DNA from: Candidatus Aenigmatarchaeota archaeon
GTDB taxonomy: Archaea; Aenigmatarchaeota; Aenigmatarchaeia; CG10238-14; SCSR01
NCBI GenBank assembly: GCA_039000425.1
Contig: JAWBPV010000002.1
Location: 14,303-78,302 of the forward strand
Length of the DNA: 64,000 bases
Direction: 5' to 3'
The translations under genes were made by a program, and so were the position numbers. The notes beneath the pieces are model-generated. The model did no database searches, was not told where the DNA came from, and saw only the letters and a program-made list of their open reading frames with translations. Shown here one piece after another: positions 45,576 to 56,506 of the stretch (position 1 is the stretch's first letter; each line of letters begins with the position of its first letter).

Positions 45576-47005
45576 TGCCAAAAGAAATTCATTATAAAAT
45601 TCTTAACTCACTTGGAACCTTTTTTACGAGGCTTGAAAATAAAGATTTAGTGTTACGTCTTATTCAATCAAAAACCGAACTGATAAATGAAGTTTATCAA
45701 AGAATGCTTAATCTTTATTACGGACATTTTATAAACAAAGCCGATTATTTCAGACGATATGGCTTTGCGAAATTAGAACTAAAATATGCAAAAACTGAAG
45801 CGGGATATGCTTACTATAAACTAGCAGAAGATCCTTTAGATGAAGCAAATCAGGTAATTTACATTGCAAATTTATATACCTCAATTGACGTTGCAGAAGC
45901 CAAAGAAATAAAAGATTTCTCTTTGATAGAAGAAGATTCTCTTAAGTATTTGAAAATTAATATTAACGAATTGGAGACTCCTCCACCAGAGACACTTGTG
46001 CTATACACTACTATGCATGGAATGTCGGAAGATTATCTTTATGAATCTTTTGCAAAATTTTTAGGTATATCTAAAGAAAAAGATTCTTTAAGATATTTGG
46101 TGAAATTGCAGTGTTTGTGGAACAGTTTGATTCTTCAAAAAAATTTGAAAATGCTTGAAAGCGTTATTGCTGCATTATGTAACCTTCCTATTGCATTCGA
46201 TAATGGCCAAGTTATTGCAATTTCAAACGATCGGAAAGAATTGACAATTAAATACGATTCATTAGGAACAATAACGCACAAAGCGGAACCAAATGTTCTA
46301 TTTAAGCCTTATTTGCCAAACGATCCTATTAGTAAATTTGAAAATTTAGCATCCAATCTTAAAATTTATGATTTTCGCACTAATTTGGAAGCTTTTGCTC
46401 GCAATATTGAAATAAGAAAAGCGATGTCTCCAGGTTTGCCCGTTAGAACATTTTATATGGTCAAAAAAGATCCAAACGAAATAGAACATTATTATGTGTT
46501 TAATAATTTTGATGCACAAATAGGCAACGATGTAATTATTAATCTTCATACTAGACGAGTTATAAATCTCGTCGATCTTTCTTTTGTTTTTCCAACAGAC
46601 CCGGAAGGCTTCCCCATATTGCGTTCAGGAAATTTTGCCGAATTGAACAATCCTTTGCCACTTTCTAACTTTCAGAAAGTTGATGTATACGTAATTCCTT
46701 CTGAAGAACAATTTGTAAAAATATGTTTACGCGGTGCTATTTTAGTACTAGTTTATTACGTGACTTTAGGCGAATTTATGAAGGACTTATTTGACTTTTT
46801 AACTCGAATAACTCCTTTATATACGAATCTGATCATGTATTTTATATCAGTGGATAAGATAGATAGTATTTTTATCCAAGACGAGAAAAGAAAAGGAACA
46901 CTAATTCTCGATCTCACCGATCGTATGTATTCGCCTTTAAGGATTCGTGAATATGGCGCAGAAACTTTCGTAATTGATGATTGGTTAATTTATAGGCAGG
47001 CATGA
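45575..47005 (+). CDS. baseplate/tail protein (unknown family)
   Basis: 476-aa ORF, start-overlapped with the J-like gene. Order is conserved with gp25-J-I type cassettes. Confidence 0.5.
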   Translation: MPKEIHYKILNSLGTFFTRLENKDLVLRLIQSKTELINEVYQRMLNLYYGHFINKADYFRRYGFAKLELKYAKTEAGYAYYKLAEDPLDEANQVIYIANLYTSIDVAEAKEIKDFSLIEEDSLKYLKININELETPPPETLVLYTTMHGMSEDYLYESFAKFLGISKEKDSLRYLVKLQCLWNSLILQKNLKMLESVIAALCNLPIAFDNGQVIAISNDRKELTIKYDSLGTITHKAEPNVLFKPYLPNDPISKFENLASNLKIYDFRTNLEAFARNIEIRKAMSPGLPVRTFYMVKKDPNEIEHYYVFNNFDAQIGNDVIINLHTRRVINLVDLSFVFPTDPEGFPILRSGNFAELNNPLPLSNFQKVDVYVIPSEEQFVKICLRGAILVLVYYVTLGEFMKDLFDFLTRITPLYTNLIMYFISVDKIDSIFIQDEKRKGTLILDLTDRMYSPLRIREYGAETFVIDDWLIYRQA

Positions 47006-47043
47006 AGTTGATTTCAGTTTATTACTTCGGTATTATATAGGAG

Positions 47044-47490
47044 ATGATTTTACGAATTTTCAAAGATGGAAAACTTATCGCTGAGAATAAGAATACAGTT
47101 GTTCTTCAAGGCGTTGAATTAATTTATTATGCTTTATCTGGTCAAATTTTGAGTTCCATCATATTAAATTACGCTGAACTGAGACTTGGAGATGCTCAAC
47201 CTGAACACGTCGGACTTGTCTATGGCACGGTTACAGGAGTGATCAAGTCTACAACTAATCAAATAACCTATGATTATTTCCAAAACATTCAGGACAAATA
47301 TGGAGAAATAAAAACAACTATAACGTTTGTCGTACAGGGAACCGAAAGTGTCCAATTTAATAAAGTTTTGCTTTGCCATAGAGAAAGTCCTGCAGATATT
47401 CGTTTGTTTGCATACACATTTTTTCCAGAAACACAACAAATAGCCCCTGGAACTTACATTTTTGAATGGACTTTTAGATTCAATCTGTAA
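47044..47490 (+). CDS. hypothetical protein
   Basis: 148-aa ORF. Confidence 0.5.
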   Translation: MILRIFKDGKLIAENKNTVVLQGVELIYYALSGQILSSIILNYAELRLGDAQPEHVGLVYGTVTGVIKSTTNQITYDYFQNIQDKYGEIKTTITFVVQGTESVQFNKVLLCHRESPADIRLFAYTFFPETQQIAPGTYIFEWTFRFNL

Positions 47491-47530
47491 ACTTGATTTA
47501 TACATCTGAATATTTTTATAATCTATAGCG

Positions 47531-48529
47531 ATGGCAAACTATACGCCCAAAGCAGGATTAGCAAAACCTATTCCTCTATCTGCCGAAGACAAGAACAGAT
47601 GGGGAGAACTTTTAAACCAGAATTTTGATATTCTTGACCGGTTCTGTGGAGAAATCATTGAGGGAAGGGGCATAAATGCTGCTTCTTTGAATCAGAGATT
47701 CATGGCTATAGAAAATGCATTGGAAGAGGCTGCTTCTCCATATCCTAGTCTGGATATGCGCCTTGATGCCTTAGAAACTGCATTAATAGGGGATCCAAAC
47801 GACGAGAAAATATTACAAGATTTACAGGGCAAATTGGCAAGTATCGTTGCTTCAAAACTCCCGAAAAATGTTATTTTTTCAAGTTCTCAGATATGGTATT
47901 CATATTCACAAAATCAATTTACGCTTTGTCCTACAGCAGAAACAACATACATAATTTATATCAATGGCAAAGGATATGTAAAAAAATGGAGTTCAACTCT
48001 CGTATTATCTAATCCAGGCATCAATAAAGTAATTTGTTTTGATTACGTTAATGAGCAACTAATTGCCCTAGACCATCAGAATGTTGCTGCAGATGTAAGA
48101 AGCATAAGTGAATACGATCCTATGGCGCATTTGCCACTCGGACGAATAAACAATGTAAATGAATTTATCCCATTTACTTTCAAAGGATACCATAAATATG
48201 TATCCATCAGTGCAATTTCACTTCCAAATTCCGGAAGCATTTTAATTCCTCATAATTTGGGCAGCATTCCGAAATGTTATGGTTATTTAGTTCTTTATGA
48301 TTCTGGAAACAATATCATATGTCATGTACAATTACCATTTGCATACACTTTCGTTTCAGATTCAACAATCAATTTTTATTATTGTCGCTTGACTGCAGTT
48401 ACTTCAATGGATTTAAGAGTTCAATATAATCTTGCAGCGAATAAAGATATTTATGGAATAGATGTAAATCCATCCACTGCAAAAATAATAGTGATATCAG
48501 AAATTAATTCAGCGGAACCTGCACCATAA
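47531..48529 (+). CDS. tail fibre-associated protein (hypothetical)
   Basis: 332 aa, abutting the 1293-aa fibre gene. Confidence 0.5.
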   Translation: MANYTPKAGLAKPIPLSAEDKNRWGELLNQNFDILDRFCGEIIEGRGINAASLNQRFMAIENALEEAASPYPSLDMRLDALETALIGDPNDEKILQDLQGKLASIVASKLPKNVIFSSSQIWYSYSQNQFTLCPTAETTYIIYINGKGYVKKWSSTLVLSNPGINKVICFDYVNEQLIALDHQNVAADVRSISEYDPMAHLPLGRINNVNEFIPFTFKGYHKYVSISAISLPNSGSILIPHNLGSIPKCYGYLVLYDSGNNIICHVQLPFAYTFVSDSTINFYYCRLTAVTSMDLRVQYNLAANKDIYGIDVNPSTAKIIVISEINSAEPAP

Positions 48530-51500
48530 ATGGATTTCAAAAAGTATATAGCTGATAGAGACTTTTACTCAGCTGAAACTGCAAATTATCCACAATATCT
48601 TTTGATTGGAGATGGTCTGCTTTCTATACCATTGATAATTGTAGATAGAAATAATCTCTATGTATATATATCGCCATTTGAATTCATTCAGAATGGTACA
48701 ATCTGCAAGATGCTTAAAATGCAAAAAGTAAAATGCAGTCAATTGGAAACAGGAAAAACTTATTATCTCTGCGTGGACGTGAATACCACTTCAGATAACA
48801 ATCCTCCCAGATTCTATGTTCTAGAGAGAATATTGCCAGGTTTATTACTAATTGCAGAATTGGTAATTTTAGAAACTGATGTTAAAATCAATTATCCACA
48901 GATTGTTCATTATAAAGGATTACGGGAAAGCACAAAGGAAGCATTTGATACGGAAGTTCAAGTTCAAGGATATCTTTACTATGATAAAGATAATAATGTT
49001 ATAATTGGCGAAGATGTAACTTTAAGATATGGAATCGATGTTTTTAAATTCGAAAGAATTCATTTTAAACCAATTCTTTTTCCAGAAATTCCAGCAGATA
49101 TAATTCCAAACCATTTAATTATATGGGACAGGGAATTTTGTCAGATTCCTTGGTCGGCATTTTTAGCAAATAATATAACACAGGAATATAACTACGTTTC
49201 GAGTTTTTGCGACAGCACAACCGTTATCCTTCCAGCCTATAATAGAATACTTCATTTTCACTGCGCGCAAGAGTTATACAATCCTCATTACGCTAGTATC
49301 TCATTATGGTCGGAAACGCTTTCGTATCCACCTCATTCACATGAATTTCAACTATTTGCAGAGACATCTATAAAACTCAAAAGCAGAGATAATATTGTTG
49401 TTGGAGTTTCGACTACTACCGCTGTACATGGAGGATTTATTTTCAGAAGATTTATAGTAGAAAGTCCAACTTCAGTTTCAATTAATTATGATACTTATTA
49501 TTTTGCTGAAGATAGTTCCAATATTAGATATAATTTTGCAATTGACGACACAAAACTTTATTTAATCTTTAGAAGAACTGTAGGATTAACACCATATGTA
49601 GAAATTTTAAAATGGGATTACATGCAATTTGGAGCTAAAACTGTTAAATCTTACCCTGGAATGGAAGCTACAGACGTTTATATTTGGTATGATCAAGAGC
49701 TATTGCATTGCTTTGTTTATAATGAATCTGATCAAACACTCATGCATTTCATTTTATCTGCTTCAAGCCTTGCAGAAATAAAACCACCCTCTGTATTCAT
49801 TCAACCTTGTTATAGACCTTTTCCAATAGTGCACAAAGGAAGATTTATGCTTGCATATCAAACCTCTGCGGATTCACCTTTGTACTTCTTTGACGGATCT
49901 CGTATTCGTACAATAGACGAAACTCCAGGAAATTTTCAATTTGGATTTCAAGAAGGGATATTACTTGTATGTAATCCTTCTACTGGAAAAATTTATAAAG
50001 TCTATTTGGACAAGATAATTGAATTTCCTGCTCCTAGTGGACAAGAGCACTTGTTGAGAATTTCGGCACTAGGAGCTGTATGGGATACTGCCAGAGATAC
50101 TTCGACCACTCCACATAAAACGCGCTTAGTTCTAATTTCTGAAAAAAACTTAGAAATACCAAATTATTTGCCTGTTATTGGAGCAGTTCATGCAAGCCAA
50201 AATAATCCAGCTTTCCTCCCAAATAAACCAATGGGGCATGTTGTCATTGGCGATCCGGCTTTGCTACATGAAGCCGAATTGAATATAGATAAATTATACG
50301 AATATATCACACAAAATGCAGATGGTTCATATACAGAAGTTGAAATTAGAGGTAAATTAAGAGTAAGACCAGGAACTGTTTTTCCTAGACTAAAACTTTC
50401 TGGTGGTGAATTAATAACTGATAGATTGCGTACGACTTCTGTAATCTCAAATACACAATATAGCTCAGATGATCAGAAAACTTTTCAATTGCTAAACACT
50501 ACTTTACAGGCGCATGGTATCTGTCCAGGGACTATAATACAAAGAGAGAATTTCACACAACGAGTAGTAACTATAGATATAACAAATAGAAGATTTACAC
50601 TTGATGCTCCATTAGGAGGGAGTTCTTCTTCGCCTTTGAATGTTCGAAATGATATTGTCTTAGAAAATATGACGATTCGGCATCCGCAATCTACAGGAGT
50701 CGTTACAGGAGATAATTTAAAAATAAAGAATAGTGAATTTTTGAATGATTTAATTGTGTCCGGAGGAATGATATATGCTACAAACAGTAATTTTAAATAT
50801 GTAAGCGCAAGCAACTCTCATGTAGGATTTTATGCCTGTAATTTAGAAAATATACAGCTTTTAGGAACGATTCCTTCATATTACATTATGCAATCTTTTG
50901 TAGGCACTTCATTAACTAATACAATCAGAGGTTCTACAAAAATTGAAAATTTTAACTATCCAAATAATAGATTTGTCTGGCTAGGTGGCGACACACCATT
51001 ACAAATATACACTTCAGGCACAGATAATGTTACATCAATATCCAGCTATACTCACGCGTCTACCACGACCGCTTGCGGCACTTACAGTAAAGTTTATTCT
51101 GAACGCGTAGCAATAGGGAACACACTTGAAATTACCGCTTCTAGAATTCCTCCAAGCACTGCTTACGGAATATATATGAATATTGATGCTCCATATGCAT
51201 ATGGACTTCATCTTTCAAGTAGTCCAAATGATCAAACCACAGGCCTTTTTATTCGAAGCAATACAGGAGCTATAATTTCTGGAATAACTCAAGGCATCTA
51301 TGCATATGGATCTTCCTATGGAGGACGTTTTGTAGCGCCTAATACAGGTCTCTATGTTTCTGGACTAATAGCAATAGAAACGAATGCAACTGGAACTTCT
51401 GCTAAAGGAGTATCAATTTCAGTCACAGGAAATAGTAGCTATGGAATTTATGCCAATGTTAGTGGAGCTGGAACTAGAGGAATCCACGCAAGTGCTATAG

Positions 51501-52411
51501 GAAGCGATGCTTATGGAGCTGTGCTTTATGGACAATATGCCGGAGTTTATGCGAGTGGAAGTTCTTATGGAGGGATTATGGTGGGAAATCCTGGAATTTA
51601 TGCATCAGGATCAGTTGGAATCGCAGCAGTTGCAACTGGAGATTCTGCTAAAGGATTATCAATTTCAGTCACAGGAAATAGTAGCCATGGAGTTTATGTA
51701 AATGTTAGCGGTACTGCAGCTAGAGGAATTCAAACAAGTGCTACGGGATCCACTGCTTATGGAGCTGTACACTATGGACAATATGCCGGAGTTTATGGAA
51801 GTGGAGGTTCTTATGGAATCATAGCAAGAGGGAGTACTGGAATTGAGGTATCAGGATCCATTGGAATATATGGAAGAGGCAGCACTGGAATTTATGCATC
51901 AGGAGCTACTGGAGTTTATGGAACAGGACCTGTAGGAATTTGTGCGACAGGATCTACTGGAGTCTATGCATTAGGATTTCCTGCAATTGCAACTAAAGGG
52001 TCAGTAAAAATCAATGAAGGAAGTTTGGTCGTTGAAGAAGATATCGATTGCCAGCGTCATTTGACCATATGGGGAAGAACACAAATAATACACACTTCTG
52101 CAGAAGTTACTATTCCTTATACATTAGGCAGCGGGGCCGCTAGATTAACTACGCGGCTTACTCGAGGGGTTGAAATTCTTATGACCAATTCAGATGCATC
52201 CACGTCTCACTACACCATTCTTTATACAGATGCTACTGCAGGGGGAATGCACTATGGATTATATTGTGACCATAGTACCATTAGAATATATCCCACTTCG
52301 GAAGCTAGTATTACATCTTGGACTGGAGCAGCAGATGGAACTATATGTATTGATACTGCAGGACACTTATATTATAAATCAAATGGAACATGGTATCGAG
52401 TTAAAACTTAA
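48530..52411 (+). CDS. tail fibre protein with Gly-rich repetitive region
   Basis: 1293 aa. The C-terminal third is built of GxYAxG/GS(T)G.. repeats. Contains the tandem duplication at 51395-51890. Confidence 0.65.
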   Translation: MDFKKYIADRDFYSAETANYPQYLLIGDGLLSIPLIIVDRNNLYVYISPFEFIQNGTICKMLKMQKVKCSQLETGKTYYLCVDVNTTSDNNPPRFYVLERILPGLLLIAELVILETDVKINYPQIVHYKGLRESTKEAFDTEVQVQGYLYYDKDNNVIIGEDVTLRYGIDVFKFERIHFKPILFPEIPADIIPNHLIIWDREFCQIPWSAFLANNITQEYNYVSSFCDSTTVILPAYNRILHFHCAQELYNPHYASISLWSETLSYPPHSHEFQLFAETSIKLKSRDNIVVGVSTTTAVHGGFIFRRFIVESPTSVSINYDTYYFAEDSSNIRYNFAIDDTKLYLIFRRTVGLTPYVEILKWDYMQFGAKTVKSYPGMEATDVYIWYDQELLHCFVYNESDQTLMHFILSASSLAEIKPPSVFIQPCYRPFPIVHKGRFMLAYQTSADSPLYFFDGSRIRTIDETPGNFQFGFQEGILLVCNPSTGKIYKVYLDKIIEFPAPSGQEHLLRISALGAVWDTARDTSTTPHKTRLVLISEKNLEIPNYLPVIGAVHASQNNPAFLPNKPMGHVVIGDPALLHEAELNIDKLYEYITQNADGSYTEVEIRGKLRVRPGTVFPRLKLSGGELITDRLRTTSVISNTQYSSDDQKTFQLLNTTLQAHGICPGTIIQRENFTQRVVTIDITNRRFTLDAPLGGSSSSPLNVRNDIVLENMTIRHPQSTGVVTGDNLKIKNSEFLNDLIVSGGMIYATNSNFKYVSASNSHVGFYACNLENIQLLGTIPSYYIMQSFVGTSLTNTIRGSTKIENFNYPNNRFVWLGGDTPLQIYTSGTDNVTSISSYTHASTTTACGTYSKVYSERVAIGNTLEITASRIPPSTAYGIYMNIDAPYAYGLHLSSSPNDQTTGLFIRSNTGAIISGITQGIYAYGSSYGGRFVAPNTGLYVSGLIAIETNATGTSAKGVSISVTGNSSYGIYANVSGAGTRGIHASAIGSDAYGAVLYGQYAGVYASGSSYGGIMVGNPGIYASGSVGIAAVATGDSAKGLSISVTGNSSHGVYVNVSGTAARGIQTSATGSTAYGAVHYGQYAGVYGSGGSYGIIARGSTGIEVSGSIGIYGRGSTGIYASGATGVYGTGPVGICATGSTGVYALGFPAIATKGSVKINEGSLVVEEDIDCQRHLTIWGRTQIIHTSAEVTIPYTLGSGAARLTTRLTRGVEILMTNSDASTSHYTILYTDATAGGMHYGLYCDHSTIRIYPTSEASITSWTGAADGTICIDTAGHLYYKSNGTWYRVKT
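51395..51890 (+). repeat. ~246-nt (82-aa) tandem duplication inside the tail fibre gene
   Basis: gctaaaggagtatcaatttcagtcacaggaaatagtagc... at 51401 recurs at 51647 with ~88% identity (SAKGVSISVTGNSSYGIYANVSG... / SAKGLSISVTGNSSHGVYVNVSG...). Confidence 0.6.
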
Positions 52412-52468
52412 CAAGTTTGACATTATTTAAAGCTTATGTTAACATTCATAAAAAACGGAGGTAAAACT

Positions 52469-52852
52469 ATGTATTTAGTAATCAACAAAGGAATTCTTCC
52501 AAAAAAGATACGAGACATAGAACTTTTACCGGGCCAAAGTTTACAAATGGAAACGCTTCTACCAGAAATTGAAACTCTTGCAAGATACGATCCTACAATT
52601 GTAATTGTTGATCTTTCCAAAACGATAATCCTATCCGCTCCAAAACCAGAAACAACAATAACAGATACTTTAACAATGAAGCCAGCTCCTGAAGAGTCAA
52701 AGCAGGAAGAATCTTCAGAAAATGTTAAATCTGAAGAGCTCCAAAAAGAAATAGAAGGTGTCGTGGAAAAAGCTGCAAAGGAGCCAGAGGCAGAAAACGT
52801 AATTGACATACCCATAACTACTACTAAACGGGGACGTCGGCCTAAAAGATAA
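52469..52852 (+). CDS. hypothetical acidic protein
   Basis: ATG 52469 lies 7 nt after GGAGG. The track start 52436 is upstream of the RBS. Confidence 0.5.
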   Translation: MYLVINKGILPKKIRDIELLPGQSLQMETLLPEIETLARYDPTIVIVDLSKTIILSAPKPETTITDTLTMKPAPEESKQEESSENVKSEELQKEIEGVVEKAAKEPEAENVIDIPITTTKRGRRPKR

Positions 52853-53271
52853 TGGGATACCCCACTATGGCAGATGCAATCAATGCTGTACGCGCTTTCA
52901 TAATGGATTTTGCCGAAAAAAATGAACTGCTGGACGATCAATTAGAATTTGACGATTCCGCAATAGCCAATGCAATTAACCGCGTAATAGAAGATTTTAA
53001 TCTCACTCCCCCTTTAATTATTAAAGTCAGTCTCCAAGATTTTCCAAACAATCAAGTTTTGCTTGAAGCTACAGTAGGCTTCCTATTACGTGGTAAAGCT
53101 CAATTCTTTGAAAGGAACAGATTGTCCTATACTGATGCAAGAGGCGTTTCCATGCATCGCTTTGATAAGGCACCTTCGTATATGCAACTTGCTGAAGCTT
53201 ACATTGCTGCCTATTCGAACTGGAGAGATCGCTATAAAATAACAAAAAATCTTGAAGATTCTTATATATAA
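52852..53271 (+). CDS. hypothetical protein
   Basis: 139-aa ORF. Confidence 0.5.
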   Translation: MGYPTMADAINAVRAFIMDFAEKNELLDDQLEFDDSAIANAINRVIEDFNLTPPLIIKVSLQDFPNNQVLLEATVGFLLRGKAQFFERNRLSYTDARGVSMHRFDKAPSYMQLAEAYIAAYSNWRDRYKITKNLEDSYI

Positions 53272-53274
53272 ACT

Positions 53275-54030
53275 TTGAAATTTACTGAAGTAAGAGCATT
53301 TCCACGGCCGGACTTAACATATTACCTAACGTGGAAAATTTCAGAAAATCTATCTAATGTAAGTTTTACAATTTATCGGTCGGAAAATCCAAAGATGGAC
53401 GAAGATGTTTATACCGTTGCAACTGTAGTTGATCAGTACTATTATTTGGACGATGAAAGTTATAGATTTCATCGGAACTATAAACTCTATTATCGTATTA
53501 AAGCTATCCTTGGCAACAATGAAGTTTGGAGTGACGTATTTTATAGTGATTATACTATCTCCCCAGAAGTTAAGTTTATTTATAAAGAAGATAGTTTCTT
53601 TTTAAGAAAGTATATTGATGATCCAATCCAAATATTTCTAAAAAAATGGAGCGGTCCTACATGTTCTAACTGCTACGATTTAATTAAAGAACGTCAGATA
53701 AGGCAGTCTTGTTCAAATTGTTACGGCACGGGAATTCAAGGAGGCTATTATGGACCTTTTCATTCCTACTGGCAACGAGGATTGCGTCCGGAAGCAATAT
53801 TGCTTGCTCCAGAAACCAAACTCCGAATAGTCGCAGGAAATGCCGCATGGACTCTTAATTTTCCTCCAATCTCTCCCGATGACATTATATATTGTGTGCG
53901 AGAAGGACTAATATATAAAGCCAATCGTATTACAAAACCTGCATTTAAGGGCTATCCAGTGAGGCAACATCTTGAAGAATTGGTTGCTCTTCCTTTGGAT
54001 AGTCCCGAATATTTGCTTGTTCGAAAGTGA
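53275..54030 (+). CDS. hypothetical protein with zinc-ribbon motif
   Basis: 251 aa. CSNCYDLIKERQIRQSCSNCYGTG. Confidence 0.5.
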   Translation: MKFTEVRAFPRPDLTYYLTWKISENLSNVSFTIYRSENPKMDEDVYTVATVVDQYYYLDDESYRFHRNYKLYYRIKAILGNNEVWSDVFYSDYTISPEVKFIYKEDSFFLRKYIDDPIQIFLKKWSGPTCSNCYDLIKERQIRQSCSNCYGTGIQGGYYGPFHSYWQRGLRPEAILLAPETKLRIVAGNAAWTLNFPPISPDDIIYCVREGLIYKANRITKPAFKGYPVRQHLEELVALPLDSPEYLLVRK

Positions 54031-54621
54031 TTATTCGCAGTTAATTACAAAAAAACTTGCTTCAGGATCAATTCTAGGCATTCTAAAATAGTGAATTGAC
54101 CAATTTTTAGAACTATACTCTTCTACAAGATTCAGAATCACACCAGGATCACAGACATGAACAGATTTATCATCAATTCCCCGTCGTTTGAAGAAGTTAA
54201 CATCCCAAATATCAAAAATGATGTATTTCGCAGGTATACTCAAGAGTTTTTGAATGAACAATCTTTCCTTTTCTTCCATAGATATACCCAAGCGAGAGAA
54301 TTGTAATTCAGCAATCACTCCTAAAGCACATACTAATTTGGCTGGAAGATATGGAGTTAGAAGTGATCTTAAGTTAGGACTAAATAGACTTGCATATATG
54401 GCATTAGGATATTTAGCAAAAAGTTTTGGAAACAGCGTAGGTGAAGGTTCTACTGGCACATAATTCACGCGTTTACCTTGTTGTAAAAGATAATCATTAA
54501 GAGTTCCAACTCCTGCGCCTATATCTATCACAATATCGCCAGTATTTACGTATTTACTGACGATAGCGAATCTCGCATATTGTTGTTTTTGTGAGTCCCA
54601 ACCGACCTGTGCGTATTCCAT
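54031..54621 (-). CDS. class I SAM-dependent methyltransferase
   Basis: ...DIVIDIGAGVGTLNDYLLQQGKRV... (motif I). Lone minus-strand gene in the plus block. Confidence 0.6.
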   Translation of the reverse strand: MEYAQVGWDSQKQQYARFAIVSKYVNTGDIVIDIGAGVGTLNDYLLQQGKRVNYVPVEPSPTLFPKLFAKYPNAIYASLFSPNLRSLLTPYLPAKLVCALGVIAELQFSRLGISMEEKERLFIQKLLSIPAKYIIFDIWDVNFFKRRGIDDKSVHVCDPGVILNLVEEYSSKNWSIHYFRMPRIDPEASFFVINCE

Positions 54622-54661
54622 ATGTATAATATATCATAACTTTGCAATTTAAATCACAAAA

Positions 54662-54997
54662 GTGATAAAATCTATGATGATGGAAGTCTGGACAATGATA
54701 ACTCCAATAGCAATTATTCCTTTTATTGGATTAGCTATTTGGGCAGTGAAGTTGTTGATTGATAGAAGCCTGTCAAAGTTCGCAAAAGATACTGAGAAGA
54801 AAATAGAAAATCTAAGTATTTATATGGATAAACGATTTGAGGAAATTGTGAAGGAAATGACTCAAATATGGGATCGGCTGGAAAAGCATGCAGAAAAACT
54901 TGGAGACTTGAAATCAGACATAAACTCTATAAAAACATTTAATGAAATATTAAAGGAGGCTTTAAATAAAGTTGAAGAGAAATTGTCAAAAAAATAG
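54662..54997 (+). CDS. membrane-anchored coiled-coil protein
   Basis: 111 aa. N-terminal TM, then a heptad-like charged region. Confidence 0.5.
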   Translation: MIKSMMMEVWTMITPIAIIPFIGLAIWAVKLLIDRSLSKFAKDTEKKIENLSIYMDKRFEEIVKEMTQIWDRLEKHAEKLGDLKSDINSIKTFNEILKEALNKVEEKLSKK

Positions 54998-55159
54998 TAA
55001 TAAAAAAATTAAAAGAAACAGCCTCGCCGAGCTTCAAATAGAACTGCAGACTATTCGTTTAGCTCTGGATTTTCAGCAAAAGATAATATCCCATCTTGAG
55101 AAACTATTTGACAAAGAAAAATTGTATGATAAAGTTATATAAAAAATGGAGGTCTGACA

Positions 55160-56506
55160 ATGGATTTCGGAATAATTGACTTTTATGATGATTTAACAAA
55201 CACTTATCTTTCGCCCTTTCTCAAAGTAGCAGATTTGCCTTCAAAAGATAAAAGCAAATTAAAAGACTCTGATTTTGCCCTAATTATCAGAGATAGCCAT
55301 GGCAACGTTCAAAGATACTACCCAATCGCCACTGAAATAGATACTCAGCTTTCATTGGATTATTTTGCAAAAACTGGTCATAAGCTGCCTCCAAGAGCGC
55401 GTCAGGTTGCTGCATATTATCTCAAAAAATATGCTGAAACTTTTGGACTTCCTGTACCTAAGTATATAGAAAATGTTCTTGAAGGAATCACTGTAGTCGC
55501 TTCCAATGTAGTTGATCTCTCCGAAGTTCCCGAAGAAGAAACAGAAGAAGTAGATTATCTTCTTCCCGATGCGAAACTATTTCCTGTAAAAAGTGATAAA
55601 GATTTGCAAAAATATATACAAAGATATAGTGAAATCTTTAAAAATTTAGACGAAGACCAAAAAAAGGAATTTTCCTTCAATCTTGTGCGATTATCTTCTG
55701 TTTATAAAATACCCGATTTGCCAAAAGAGATTTATGAATATGCAAGGAAATATTCAGATAAAAAAATATCAGAACGGCTTTCCGAAATAGAAACAGAAAA
55801 AGAAGCATATTTGAAACAAAGTGCAAAGTCCAAAGAGGTATGGGAAAATCTAACTCCAGAGCAGAGATTTCGTTTAGCTAAAATGCTAAAGGAAGCTCAA
55901 ATGAAAAAACCATTCGTTTCTCCAGCAATTGCCGATGCCTATACTAACTTTGATATCACTCCCTATACTGCACTCAATCTACAAAAGCGTTATGAGATGC
56001 TTAAACATTATCAATTCAATCTGGAGAAATATGCCGAAATGCGAGATGAAATTCAATCAATTGCAGAAGGACTCAGGATTGCGCGTGCCACCAAGCAGAC
56101 TACAACTGAATTACTTCTAAAATTTGCTCATATACTGAAAAAATTTGACGAAAAATATGGACTTGATAAGTATTACGGAAAAGAAATAGACGATTATTAC
56201 ATTACTTTCAGCAAATATCCAATGGTCGTTTCGGTGTTTTCTAAATCAAAAGTAGATATGCTGGATTCGCTTGAAAAAATCGCTGAAGAACGATCCATGG
56301 TTCCAATTCTTGAAATGCCGCAAGTGTTAGCTATGGAAAAACTCAGCAGTCTGCCCATCGGCGTGTATAGAAAATTCTTTAGAGAACCTCTGGCCACACA
56401 ACTTAAAATGGAACCTCTTCTTATGATAAAAATTGCAACCACAATAGATCATCCATATTTTCCTCTGATAAGCAGGTTTTTCAGAATTATAAAATCCATG
56501 CTATAA
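55160..56506 (+). CDS. hypothetical protein
   Basis: 448-aa ORF. No Walker motifs, so not an obvious terminase. Confidence 0.55.
   Translation: MDFGIIDFYDDLTNTYLSPFLKVADLPSKDKSKLKDSDFALIIRDSHGNVQRYYPIATEIDTQLSLDYFAKTGHKLPPRARQVAAYYLKKYAETFGLPVPKYIENVLEGITVVASNVVDLSEVPEEETEEVDYLLPDAKLFPVKSDKDLQKYIQRYSEIFKNLDEDQKKEFSFNLVRLSSVYKIPDLPKEIYEYARKYSDKKISERLSEIETEKEAYLKQSAKSKEVWENLTPEQRFRLAKMLKEAQMKKPFVSPAIADAYTNFDITPYTALNLQKRYEMLKHYQFNLEKYAEMRDEIQSIAEGLRIARATKQTTTELLLKFAHILKKFDEKYGLDKYYGKEIDDYYITFSKYPMVVSVFSKSKVDMLDSLEKIAEERSMVPILEMPQVLAMEKLSSLPIGVYRKFFREPLATQLKMEPLLMIKIATTIDHPYFPLISRFFRIIKSML

Noticed and set aside
55160-56506. Large terminase subunit upstream of the intein-containing gene
   Set aside because: No Walker A/B ATPase or nuclease motifs were seen, so the ORF is left as hypothetical.
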